From Blepharisma stoltei ATCC 30299 (taxonomy: Eukaryota > Protista > Ciliophora): DNA of 64,000 bases. Positions 49,081-61,444 of the stretch are shown in pieces (position 1 is the stretch's first letter; every line of letters begins with the position of its first letter). The stretch is from contig CBFDEM010000014.1 of NCBI GenBank assembly GCA_965603825.1, forward strand, positions 248,001 through 312,000. The letters are read 5' to 3'. The notes beneath the pieces are model-generated. The model was given only the letters and a program-made list of their open reading frames with translations. It searched no databases and was not told the DNA's origin. Both the position numbers and the translations under genes were made by a program.

Positions 49081-50273
49081 TCTTGCAGTAAGTTGAGATT
49101 ATAATTAGCTATCTAAATAAATAGGTATGAATAAAATTGAATAATTCAAATTTTTTGATTCTTTTAAGATGTGAAAAATAAATTAGGTTAAAGCAGTGAA
49201 AAGTCTCTTTAGATAATTAAAATATAATTTTATGTAATAAAACGTCTATTGCACTCAATTTAGTTAGAAATCGCATTAAGAAAAATAATTGAAGTCATCA
49301 TAAAGAATAAATAATAAAAGGAGTTGGTTATAAGGTAAAAGCATCAAGGTTGCCGTAAAGCAAAAACACGAGTGAAATAGATTGATTAGAACTAAAATTA
49401 TATTTTAATTAGGTGATTAAATTATTTATAAAAATAAAAATACTTCATTTTTTATTCAGCTTTATGGTAAAAATTTATTCTTATCTAAGTTGCAACAAAT
49501 CTTTGAAATCTTCTAATAGCGGGAATTCCAATAATAAATGCACTAGAATAATTTTAGCATTCTATGGGCTAAAGACTTAATTTTAGAGTATTTGATTGGA
49601 GGAATATATTTGCATTTAATTCTCATATTGCTATTTATGGTCCATCGCAGAGTCTAAGTGTATAAGTTTCTTAGCAAAACGATTTAAAAGTGCCTAAAGC
49701 AATATTCAGTAACTCCATTTACTTATAACTTATTTGCCAAATGGGTCTTAACAGCAAGCTATTAGAGGTCAATATCAAAAATACGAAAATTGGCATTCAA
49801 TAGGTCCAAGGCTTCCAATTATTGGTCCAAGGTATTAGTTTAACATAAAGAAAAAGACAAAATTAAAATTCAATTCACCTAAATAATTAAATCATTGGTT
49901 TAATTTTTTTTTTTAATTAACGGCATAAAGGTATTTATTCTAGTGTTCTTTCTGTCATTATCATTATCGTTCCTAGAGCTTTCATTAGAAAATCTTTTGG
50001 AAGAGCCAAGGCTCTTAATTCAAAAAAAAAATTTTTTGAAGCTACTTAAACATTAAGATTCTCATAAAGCTTTGTGTTAAACAGCCATAGAAGACTTAGT
50101 AATCCATTTAAAGTAATGGCGGCAAGGTCAAGCCAAGCCTACGTTTCCTTATAATTTTTGACTGATAAATGTCATTCAGTAATGTATTTTTTAAATTATG
50201 AACCATCATGATTTAGAAATTATTTTGTCCAATAAAACCGACTGCTCCAGAAAATAATAAAAATAAGCATAAG

Positions 50274-51533
50274 ATGAACTTTTATGAATCCGAAGACAGT
50301 CAGGTCCAAAAAGCCTTGGAAAATTTCCGCAAAAATCTACAGATAATGCACGCAGCCTATCAGAGACACAGAGGCAGGTGCTTAGTTCGTATCTCGTCCT
50401 ATAAAGGTGCAACCTTGGAACAAGTTTATATCATGGGTAGCTTCACTTCTCCACCTTGGAAAGTTTTAATTCCTCTTTCTTATTCTATAACTTATAAAGA
50501 ATATTTTATCGAGTTATGACTATCTGCAGAGTCAGAATTTTTGTTGGTTAAAAAGGATATTAAATTTGCACTAGAAGCTTTCCCGCAAAGGATGAGCAAG
50601 CTTGGCTTTATAGCCAACTATATAAAAATCATAAAACCTGCTAACAGTAACAGAAAACCTTCAAAATGCAACATTAAATATCAATTTATCAGTGAAGGGC
50701 TTTCGCAAGGGAAAGAGCCAGATATTAACGAAGATGCATTTTTTTGTTCAAAATTTGCTATTGGCATTGCAGATGGAGTTGGTGGAGTAAAACGAGATTT
50801 TGGCATATCCAGTGCCGCATTTTCTTCAGAGCTAATGAAAAATTGTAAAGAAATCACCGATAAGATTGATGCTTCCTTTAATGCAAATTTCCAAACCTCA
50901 AACAAAGTTTACTTAAAAGGTCTAAACTGCGAAAAAATAATTACACAAGCCTATCAAAAAACAAATTGCGGAGGGAGTTCCACGTTCCTCTTGATTTCTC
51001 TGCTTGGCAATCATCTCCAGATTTCAAATTTAGGGGATTGTGGGCTAATGCTAATAAGAAACAATGGGAAAAAGCCAATAGTTGTATTCCGGACAACAGC
51101 AAAACAGCACTCTTTTAATGTTCCTTATCAAATTTCAAGGAAATTTACAAAGCTGCAATTATTGACTACTTCAGAAAATAATTCACAAAGCTTTTATATA
51201 AAAGACCACTGGCTGGAATACTCAGACTGCGTTTCTGATGCTGATAATTATTTGATAAGTGTCCAGAAAAATGACATCATTGTGATGGGAACAGATGGGC
51301 TGTGAGATAATTTATTTGTTGATGAGATTCTTGAGCAAGTAAAAGTATCCTGCAGAGATCATATGAATTTGAAGGAAATTTCTGAAAATTTAGTTGAGAT
51401 GGCAAGAGCAAGAATGAATAGTGAAGAAAACACTCCTTTTAGTGAAGAAATTTCAAGAAAAACTGGGCATTCGTGGGTTGGAGGGAAAAGAGATGACATC
51501 ACTGTTGTGGTGTCTTATGTTGATGATGCTTAA
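50274..51533 (+). CDS. PTC7-type PP2C phosphatase with N-terminal CBM48/AMPK-beta-like module (419 aa; 2 UGA-Trp)
   Basis: NEDA, IADGVGG, NLGDCG, QHSFNVPYQI, GTDGLWDN (W=TGA 51303), GGKRDDITV; N-terminal VYIMGSFTSPPWKVLIPL. Confidence 0.85.
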
Positions 51534-51948
51534 AGTTAAGTAAAGTAACATTTGAGAATGTAAATTATGTTCGCTTATATTCGCACCTTAATTTGAAGCA
51601 CTCAAACGACAAGCCAATCATGGGACTCTGTGTAGAGCACAAAACACTTTTTTTTTCAAACACTCCAAATTTTGAAAAAAGGAAATTCTTAAGAAAGTTT
51701 TGAAAAAATCTAATGCTTCTATGCGAATATGAGTTAAACTATTAATTATAGGTCTAATTTAATTGCTTAAAATCAAAATTTTAAATTCAAATTTTAAATT
51801 TCAAATTCTCAAATAACTTAATCATTTACCACAAAAGCAAACCAAAATGCTCATTTGAATCTTCATGTTGAATACAATGAGATTTTCAATCAAAAAATTT
51901 ACAAATTTCTTTATTATTCGAAATTATTTTAAAACTGATATCTTATTT

Positions 51949-52491
51949 TTAAGCTGTATTTATATTATTCGAGTTCATTGTGTTCTCATTATTTGAACCA
52001 GGTACCGTTCTTTTCTTCCTATATTTTGTCCTGATTACTACTCCTTTTGGAAAATCATTATTTTCAGCATCATTTCTTGCATAATTGTTTGATTGCACTC
52101 CATCATTGGAGCTTGGAAAATCATTATTAATCCCTTCTGCGCAGAAAGGACTTCCTTCCAATTTTTCTGCTTCTTCGATTATATCGCTTGGCATGATATT
52201 TATAAAGTACTGCCTTGGAGCGATGTCTGGGAAAAGCTTTTTATGCAGCTCAGATAGATCATTGATGTTGTTTGAATTTGATATATGTTCTGACGGAGAA
52301 GGAAGATCTCTAATAAATTGAGGCGGAACTAGATGAAGTAATGGGGACTCATCTGAGCTACATGGACTCAGGCATCCATCTGGCAACATATAGCCCTTTA
52401 ATGATCCTCTACGCTGCTGATTTATTAAATCTTCAAAGGTAGAGTAAGCAGGAATCTGGGGTGTAGAATAGCCTTGAAAAGCTGGTAACAT
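51949..52491 (-). CDS. Uncharacterised protein, paralogue of 53675-54373
   Basis: Shared motifs GYSTPQxP, QRRGSLK, SPLLH, LExSP and KYRK. Confidence 0.78.
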   Translation of the reverse strand: MLPAFQGYSTPQIPAYSTFEDLINQQRRGSLKGYMLPDGCLSPCSSDESPLLHLVPPQFIRDLPSPSEHISNSNNINDLSELHKKLFPDIAPRQYFINIMPSDIIEEAEKLEGSPFCAEGINNDFPSSNDGVQSNNYARNDAENNDFPKGVVIRTKYRKKRTVPGSNNENTMNSNNINTA

Positions 52492-53674
52492 TCTTTAAGT
52501 TTATTTATATAATAATGGTTACATAATAAAAAGTGATACAGTAGAAAAAAAAATTCAAATTTTCAAAATTAAATACTGATTAACTTATATATTTGAGCTG
52601 AAAAAATGTGAATAAGGCTAAATTGTGAATCGTTTTTGAATTTCGGTTAGCAATTATCGGTATTGACAGTTTTAAGAAAAAATCAATTAAATTTATTAAA
52701 GAACTAAACTTTATTAGCTAAACTGAAAAGAAAGTAATAATTGATGTAAGATAAATATATATTTTTTAATTTATAACCTAAAAAACAAGATGGTATGCAG
52801 TCGATGCTGTCTTTCGAAGTCTCGCATCAAAATTTTATTTATATAAAAAATTTTGATAGTATGCTTATAAATGATGATAGGATTTATTTATTGCAAAAAG
52901 TTTTATTTTGGCATATTTAGATTAATTCTAAAAAAAAGAAATAAGATTATAAGAGATCTAATTTTGCAGCGATGTGAAAATTAGTTTTAGTTTCAGGGGA
53001 AACAATAGTTTTTTATTTTACGAATGAAATTTATTCAATTTTTTTATTTGGATGCTAATAAAGAAAACAAGTAAATTAGGCATTATTAAGCCCCGATAAA
53101 TCTGATGGCACCTGGACTACTTACTTAATTCTGAACTATTTCTGATATCAATCAGCTTGACATTGGCCAGAAATCAATTTTTCCCATAAAATATCAGTCT
53201 AATCTCTCATCCTGCACAATTTCACTTTCTTAACATTAGAAGCAAAATCACCCTACTTCTCCATGAATTTCCACCAAATGAGCTCTCCAATCTTTAATTT
53301 GCTAAAGCATAGATTATTTGTTCTTGTACAATAAGTTGTCAGAGATCACACGAAGACATTCTGGCCAAAAATGTGTTCTTGGAGAAGAAAGATGAGATTC
53401 AAATTAGTGACGATTATTGTTTTAAACAATTATAGATTATATTTTTTATTTGATTTACAGAAATGCGAAATTTTAAAAGAAGCTGTAAAAAATGACTCAA
53501 AGCGCATGAAATTGTACGATACTCAAACAATTTTGTGAGATGAATTGAGAAAAAGCATGAAGAGAAGTTTATAGAAATTACGCGAAACTTAAAAATATGT
53601 TTCATTAACCTTTATTAGTAATATTGGAAGCTTATAAAGATTAGCTTATTTAAAATTTCTCATAAGATGTTTTC

Positions 53675-54373
53675 TTATATTTCATTATTATTTCTATGAA
53701 GCTGGCCAAATTTTGGAGGACTTGTATTACCGGTTTCAGTTTTTTCTCTTTCAAAAGCCATCTTAAAATCACCCACACTTTCAGTTTGTTTAACTCGATC
53801 AAAGTTTCGATTTTTTCTATACTTTATTCTCTTATATTGTAGATGTACATTGGGATTCTCATAAACTTCAGTGACAGCTCTTCTGCTATTTCTTCTGATC
53901 GATCCATAATCTCCTTGCTCGTTAGAGTCAAATCCTTCATATTGATTTTCTGCATCGCCAGACAAGTATGGACTTTGCTCAAGTCTTTCTTGGGCTTCTG
54001 GGACAGTGTTTGGGTCAATATCGATATATAGAGGGGGGTGAAATAATTCTTCGTCGTTATAATTTTTCTTAGATTCATTCTGTTCTAACATTGACAAAAA
54101 AGAAAACCCAAGCATCTTCTGAGGAATTATATGGAGCAGTGGACTATCTTCTGCTGAGTCATTAGAAGTCGCATTAGGCTCCTTTTGAGGCTGGGGTAGC
54201 ATTTCTGTCTTCAATGATCCACGTCTCTGACTGCTGATTAGATCACAAAACCCTCCATACGAAGGAACTTGAGGCGTGGAATAGCCAGGATAATTTTGTA
54301 TCATAGGAGATTTCTCATACCATGGTTTTTCTTCATGAGAAAGATCAATTTTTGGAAGTTCTTTTTGACTCAT
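53675..54373 (-). CDS. Uncharacterised protein, paralogue of 51949-52491
   Basis: Same five motifs in the same order. Confidence 0.78.
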   Translation of the reverse strand: MSQKELPKIDLSHEEKPWYEKSPMIQNYPGYSTPQVPSYGGFCDLISSQRRGSLKTEMLPQPQKEPNATSNDSAEDSPLLHIIPQKMLGFSFLSMLEQNESKKNYNDEELFHPPLYIDIDPNTVPEAQERLEQSPYLSGDAENQYEGFDSNEQGDYGSIRRNSRRAVTEVYENPNVHLQYKRIKYRKNRNFDRVKQTESVGDFKMAFEREKTETGNTSPPKFGQLHRNNNEI

Positions 54374-54563
54374 TTGATTTTTTTATTAATAGACATTAAA
54401 TTTTGATTTTTTATATAAGTTAAAATATAAAATATCAAGATTGTAGCCAATATAAAAAACAGAAAATGTATTACTGAACTTCACTTTATATAAATGGCTA
54501 TTTGGCTATATATTTTAACTTTAAATTATTTTGAGTTTTAATCAGAAAATTTATATTTTTCAA

Positions 54564-55322
54564 TTAGCATCCTGAATGTCCGTGCTTAGGGCAATACCTT
54601 GTAGAGTACCCTATGGAGAGTAAGTGGTCGCAAGTTTTACATTGCTTTCCTTTTAATGGCGTAAATATTTTTTCATAAACTATCGACCTACCACTACAGC
54701 TTCTGTTTCCTATATTTTTAGGAGTTGATGAGCATCTATTAGTAGAGACATTGGATTTTCTTGGTTTTACTGACTCAGAGTGGTTTAATTTTAATTTTAG
54801 TTTTCCGTTTTCTTCTTTTAAGGTTTCGATCTCATCGAGCAAGACTTGTTCTTTTAACTGATACTCGTTTTCTAATTCTTGGATGATATTTTTTTTAGAA
54901 GCAGTGCTGAGTTCAGATTCGGGCTTATAATGAAAAAGTCCAGAAGATTCATCACTAAGAACATCTTTTAAGATGCATGATCCATGAGATGAATTTTCAA
55001 ACTCGTCATTTTGATTTTCATCATAGCCAGAATCACTTACTTTTTGTTTTTTGATTGAACTCTGCTTGTGCTGAGAAACCTGTAGGAAAGGATAGCTTGG
55101 TCTCTCAGAGCTTTTGGATTTTTTTGTTTTTTTAACTATTGAAGTATTATTGCTTCGATTGCCAGATTGTGGTCTTGAGAGTTTGGAAGAGTGATTTCTA
55201 GATCTAGGTGCTGGAGATTGCTTGGTATTTCTAATAGATTTTTTTAGTGCTTCTTTTAGTCTTAAAATTTCTTCTTTGAGGCGGTTGTTTTCTTCTATTA
55301 GGTTTTGGCTTCTATGTGACAT
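54564..55322 (-). CDS. Coiled-coil protein with C-terminal C-x2-C-x12-C-x2-H putative zinc finger
   Basis: Two short coils; C-terminal CKTCDHLLSIGYSTRYCPKHG. Confidence 0.72.
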   Translation of the reverse strand: MSHRSQNLIEENNRLKEEILRLKEALKKSIRNTKQSPAPRSRNHSSKLSRPQSGNRSNNTSIVKKTKKSKSSERPSYPFLQVSQHKQSSIKKQKVSDSGYDENQNDEFENSSHGSCILKDVLSDESSGLFHYKPESELSTASKKNIIQELENEYQLKEQVLLDEIETLKEENGKLKLKLNHSESVKPRKSNVSTNRCSSTPKNIGNRSCSGRSIVYEKIFTPLKGKQCKTCDHLLSIGYSTRYCPKHGHSGC

Positions 55323-55598
55323 TTTTGAAATCTGTGAGCGAACAAAATATTTAATTTAATCTAAATCCTATTTTATTAAGATATTCTTATCTCTTATTAT
55401 TGATTAAAGAGAATTCTTCTATAGCAGCCATTTACTTACTTACTTCCAAATTCAATCGCTCTTAATTGCGCTGCTAAGTTATCCATTTATACATTATCAC
55501 TTATAATAATCATATTACCTTCTATAATTCTTAGGATCATTTCACTTCATATATGAATTATCCTTATTCCATTATTTCTAGATAAATAATTGATTGAT

Positions 55599-58500
55599 AT
55601 GCTGAAACAGGTTCGATTATGTCCTTCAGGATGTCAATATTGGAACAAATCAGTCCTTGCCCGTGGAGGCAACCTGCTTGCTTACTGCTCAACTCTTGCA
55701 ATTTACTTCATAGACCTCGACACCTATAACATAACCAAAATAATTGCCGCTCACGAACAGACCATCTCCTGCTTATCATGGAGCATCCCAAACCCTTCCT
55801 TACTGGCATCAGTTTCATCAGACAACTCCCTCTATGTGTGGAACATTAATCACGATGAGCCAGAACTTTATATGCAACTCACCACTGCAGTTCTTATGAT
55901 GGAGTTCAATCCTTATAAAGAAAACGAAATTTTATTTCTCCATGAGAATGGGGACATAAGAATCCTCAATACAATTACTAGGACCATCACCAGGAAGGCT
56001 AATTATGTAGGGGTAAGGCCAAGCGTAATGAGATTTCACCCTAGTGCTGAAGGGAGGTTTGCGCTGGGCTGTGCAGAAGGAGTAGCGCTATTTGCAGAAA
56101 TGGGACATGACAACGTAAAAAGACTAGAAATGCCGAAACAGCCAGCTGCTGCTGAAGATGTGCAATGGGATCCACTCTCTGATAAGTATTTGCTAGTTTC
56201 CTTTAAAGATGGGAGCATGGTGCTATTCGATGCTGTTGAAGCAGGCATCCTGCAAACGTTTGACAGGCAAGGAGCAGGGATAAGAAGCATTGCCTGGAAC
56301 AAAAAAAGTCCTGGAGAATTTTTCACAACAAGTGATAAGATTGCTGCTTTAAAAGTCTGAAACGTTTCTAAAGCTTCACCAATTGATACAATCAAGCTTG
56401 GAAATACAGGAATAAGGCAAATTTCCTATTTACATGATAGGGCTTCACTTATATGCTCATTTAAGAGTGGAGCTGTAGGAGTTTTTTCATTAATTAAAAA
56501 GAAGCTCGAGTTTTGCACTGAATCTGGGCACGCTGAAACTGTTTTTGATATTAAAATCAACCCTCAGAACAAAAATTTGTTGGCTACAGCTTCTTATGAT
56601 GGGAGTGTGAAAATCTGGGATTTGAGGACCATGAAAAATATTGAGACTTTATATTCAGATGCTCTAGAGCCTGGCCAGTATAAGATTCAAGCTAAATCAG
56701 TTTTATATGGTGTTGCTTGGGGACCAGACACACTAATTGCAGCTTGCAGTGCAAAAGGAGACGTGTATTTATTTGACTATTCGAAGCCAAAACTATTGCA
56801 TAGGTTTAGACCTACAATAGAAGCTCCTATATTTAGAATCGACTGGAGCCCATTAGATCCTAATATGCTTGCTATTGGGACATCAGATAACTATTTAGTC
56901 ACTATTAGATTAGATGAACAGAGACTCGTCAAAACCAAAATGATCCGCCATGTTCACACTGTTTACGGGGTATCCTGGCATCCTACGATTCCTAATAGAA
57001 TTGCAACTGGGTGTCAAGACTCAAGGGTTCGTGTATATGATTTAGCATCAGGTAATGATACCTGCATTGAGCTGCGCGGCCATGATGCAAAAGTGTTCAA
57101 TATAGTTTGGAACCCAGAATTCAACAACCTTTTAGCATCTTCTTCTGATGATCGCTCAGTTATAGTATGGAACACAACTGAAAGGACTATATATAGAAGA
57201 CTGGCAGGGCATACACAAAATACAAGAGCTGTGGCTTGGAATTCAGAACTACCTTGGATGCTTATTTCTGGGGCTTGAGATAGCAAAATTATGATATGGG
57301 ATATCAGGACAGGGAATTGCTTATACACGGCTCATGAGCATCATGCTGATATTTACGGAATTTGTACACATCCAGCTAGGCCATTTCTATTTATATCGTG
57401 CTCCAGAGACACTTCAATTAGGTTTTGGAGCTTAGAAGATTATGTTGAAAAGCTCGAAATAAAAGTACTAGTGAATCAAGATTTATCCAGCCTAGTAAGC
57501 GCTCAAGGATCGCTTGATCCTAACGCGCCTTTTATGCTATGCGGCTCAGGAAGTAAAGCTGTTCTGCAAAAATTGGCATCATGTAATGAAGTCGAAAGAT
57601 ATAAAGCGCTGCTAACATTCTTTAGGTTCAGAGGAGGAGAAGATGAATTCTTTGACATCCTCAACTTTTTATTGAATAAAAAGGAGTGTAACCCTAATGA
57701 TCAAATTTTACCTATCGAATCGATTTGCCAGTCCAAAAAATCAAGAGCAGCTGAGTTAGAAACTGCATCAGGAATGGCATTTCTAGGCAGCGCCCTTGCT
57801 AAAAAAGAAGACAGGCTTATCGAGGCTGCAAAGATTCACTTAAAGCTCGGTAACATCAGACAATATTGCGAATTAATGATAAAACTTGAAAAATGGGAAC
57901 GTGCTCTTGCATTTGCACCCGGATTCTGCCTGGATTATTGGCAAAATGTTGCAGAACGTTATGCTCAATATCTCGGACAAAACGAAAAAGAAGAGACTGC
58001 AGCTGTTTACCTTGCATGTGGAAAGGTTGATAAAGCCATCAAATTCTTCCAAAAACGCAGAGACCATGACGATGCCCTTTTAGTTGCAGCAAGCAAAAGT
58101 GCAGGAGTTTTTGGGGTTGTTCCCCAAGAAGGGCCTAGAAATACAGCAGAAGGCCAGCATGATGTTTCTAAGCTCCAAGAAATTACTTCAAACTTAGCAG
58201 AAGAATTCTTTGCTGACTGCAATTCAATTTTATCAGCAGCTTCTCATCTTTCATTGCCAGACCCAGACGGAGCACTTACAAAGCTTTTAAGAGCTCACGA
58301 AGTTACCTATGCTTATGTGCTCGCAAAGCTATATTTATTGCCTCAAAAATCTATTTTATTTATTCTAGCTAAAAAAGCTGAAAAATCCCAAGATTGGGAA
58401 CTTATGATGAAATTGCTAGAAAACAACCTCGACCTTAAAGAACTCTTTGCTGCAAGATTGCCTGTGGGCTATGATTATAAAACTTTTGGCTTGCTAAATC

Positions 58501-59225
58501 AAAATGATTATGCAAATAAAGCAGAAGATGAACTGAGGACTGAACACTTAAAAGAAGCGATAAGATATTATGTAGTAGCTAGATATGCACAAAAAGCGTG
58601 CCAGGTCGCTATTACAATGTTTAGAGACTACCTGCAGCAGGGTAACGATTTGTCAGAGCTTTTTGAAATGGTCGAATATTTAGGCTACTTAAATTTAGAG
58701 CCAGTGACTAAAGAAGTCAAAGCAGAAATTTTAGCTATTGGGGCTTTATTAGGCGCTATTCATAGCACTTGGAGAGGCTATTCAATTTCTCATATACTAA
58801 CCTCTACTTATAGTAACATTTGCAGGCATCAAAATTTGAATTTGCCAATTCCTTTCTCCTTTGGGATGATGCTAAATGTATTGCAAGATATTAAAAGAAT
58901 CCCTGATCAAGTTAAAGAGCAGATTCCAGGCATAATCAGCAATTTAGGCCCAGAAGATGGAGAATCGTTGCAGTATATTTATGATGGGCTTGGGAAAAGA
59001 GAAATAAGCCAGCAAGCGAACAATCAAATTAAGCTGATAGGGTCGAATTTGCCAGCAAATAATTTGCATGCAAATATGCCTGTTTCAGTGTTTAACAGAA
59101 GGATAATTCAAGGACCTTCATATTCAATGGGAAACTTCGCAATAGGATTAGATGAAGCTTTGATGTGGGCAAAGGTGAATCCTTTTTCACCAATGAACGA
59201 TGGATCTATTATTAATCCTTATTAA
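55599..59225 (+). CDS. WDR17: WD repeat-containing protein 17 (1208 aa; 2 UGA-Trp)
   Basis: N-terminal GCQYWNK..LAYCSTLAIY and C-terminal ALMWAKVNPFSP match WDR17; TGA 56358 (LKVWN) and 57276 (SGAWD). Confidence 0.9.
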
Positions 59226-59420
59226 GATCTTAATTCTAGTATCTAAACAGGAATTTAATTTTATTAATTAAATTACATGAAAACCATGCAAATAAACTTT
59301 TATTTTAAGCTTAGCATAATGCTACCAATACATAGAGCAGCCTTTTCAATTTTTTAAGCTTCAAAGGTATTTAATACATAATAATTTATTGACTAAAAAA
59401 AGTAATTAAATAATAAATTG

Positions 59421-60101
59421 ATGGAAATTCAACAAAATTTGGAGTCATTTGATCCTCTTGAAGAAGAAAAAGATTTTATCAGTGAGCAAGCCTTCAATGA
59501 TACCGAAGAAAATAGTGCTACGTCCTCTATAGAGCGTATTAGTAAAGTAAAAATTTTAAAGGATGGGAAAGATTTTGCAGAAAATAATCCTCGATTTGAT
59601 GATCTTTTGAGGATTATTGATGAATGTGAAAGAAATAATAAAATCAACCTTGATAGGCTCAAAATCTTCACAGAAACCATTGCGTTTAATGAAATCCCTT
59701 TATGAAAACTTGTAGTTGCAAATGAAGTTTCTTCTAAGACGCTAAAGAACGTAATTTTTGATGAACTAAAGCTCTACAAAGAGAGAATAAAAAACGATAT
59801 ATATAGGCATACATTGAATTCAGCATTTTCCAAAGTAGTTTCACAGCTGAAGAAGTTGAAGCTGAAGATCGAAAACATGGAGGCCCGAGAAAATAGGCTT
59901 AGCTATAACATATGAAAAGCAATCAAAAGTAACAACTTACTTTGTATAGCATTTTTGATATTTTCAAGCTCTTCTCATACTTCTCAATCTTTTTCAAAAC
60001 ATTTAGCTTATTCAGTGACATATTTTCTTATTGCTAAAATGTTTGGTATTATCTGGGCACTTGTATTTTTTGGTTTGCGAAAGCATTTTGCTTCTCATTA
60101 A
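59421..60101 (+). CDS. Uncharacterised protein with coiled coil and C-terminal TM segments (226 aa; 2 UGA-Trp)
   Basis: TGA 59703 and 59913 read through to TAA 60099-60101. Confidence 0.6.
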
Positions 60102-60147
60102 ATTTTAAAACTAAAGAAATCTTTAAAATTTCATTAAATATAATTAA

Positions 60148-61350
60148 ATGATAGGAATTAGAGTTTTAAGAAGATTTGCCAGTATTCCTGGAGGCGCAGG
60201 CACTTCTATCTTAAAGCGTGAACTTTTAGCTGATGTATGACAACTGAGTATCAAATATACTGCATATTGCCTTTCTGGCTCCCATGCAATGCGTGCAGAA
60301 TTTCAAAGGACAATTTCAGATTTTATAACTCACCTAGTGCTTTATAAAGTAAACGAGCTGTCGAAGAGAGTGCCTGATGATTTCTTTAACTATGGTAAGA
60401 AATATTAAGGATATGCGAAATTCAAAAATGTTGGTGCTATGATCCCTGGAATATTATTTGGGATTTCAGGCGTTTATAACCTTGCAATGCCCGTTTGTTC
60501 TTTAATTGTGAGAAGCCCAGATATTCCAGAGCTGACACTGAATTTTTGGTCACTTTTGGTAAAGAACATTTAGTCCATTACTGCATCCTCAGTTGCAGAA
60601 TTCTACGTAACATACAAAAACCTTGGAGATATTTCAAGCGAACCGGCAGCAAATAATGTTATTAAAAGGATAATTGAAAGAACAGCGCTACTCTATAAAA
60701 TATGAAAGCAGCATTACCTTGTGGACCCAATTCAGCATGCAATTATTAATGAAAATATTATTTCAATTGCAGGCGTCATCATTCCTATCACCACAAGCTT
60801 TATATGCTACTATACAGGCTGGATTTGGCTAGATATCATGGGAAGGATGCTGAATGGATTGCTACAACTGCATATTTCAAATTCTATGTTCAGTGAAAAT
60901 ATGACAGTAATTTTAGGCAAAAGCTTATCAAAAACCCAATTGGAAATTGTTAAAAAAATCTTAGAAGATCGGGACACCATTCAAAAAGTTGAAGGATTAA
61001 AAACTGAGCAGTTGACCTCAAAATCTATGAAGCTATATATGGATGTAATCTATAATGCAAAAGAAATCACCGAAAATATTATTGAGGTACTGGAAGATGA
61101 TATTAGTCAAATTTCTACTGATTCTGAAGTACAAAAAAAGATCAGGAAATTGATTGGAAAATCAAACGATCTTGTGATTACACATCAAACAGAAATTATT
61201 AAAGACATGGAAGAGGATGTGAAAAAGAAATATCCATTGATCTCGCAAATCGATATAGAGCTCTCTAGCAAAAATATTAACCCTGCTTATGAGGGAGTAG
61301 TTACTGAGTCTGATGACGACGAAGATGGACAAAAAAAGGATAAGGTTTAA
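60148..61350 (+). CDS. Cation-diffusion-facilitator (ZnT9/SLC30A9-like), probably mitochondrial; 2 introns, 2 UGA-Trp
   Basis: SGSHAMRAE, PDDFFNYGY (spliced), TGWIWLDIMG, LGKS, and a C-terminal dimerisation domain. Confidence 0.78.
60395..60409 (+). other. 15-nt intron GTAAGAAATATTAAG (AAG acceptor)
   Basis: Removal restores the CDF motif NYGY and removes an in-frame TAA. Confidence 0.85.
60559..60573 (+). other. 15-nt intron GTAAAGAACATTTAG
   Basis: Consensus match; removes the in-frame TAG. Confidence 0.85.
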
Positions 61351-61444
61351 GTTAACTCCCACTTAATTACAATGAGATTTCATTGATCAATCAGCAATTT
61401 AATTATATTAAACGACCGGCAAATCTGTAAGGTTTATTTATGTG

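Noticed and set aside
53371-53574. 67-aa + strand ORF with one TGA
   Set aside because: No recognisable motif and stops upstream; at most a relic
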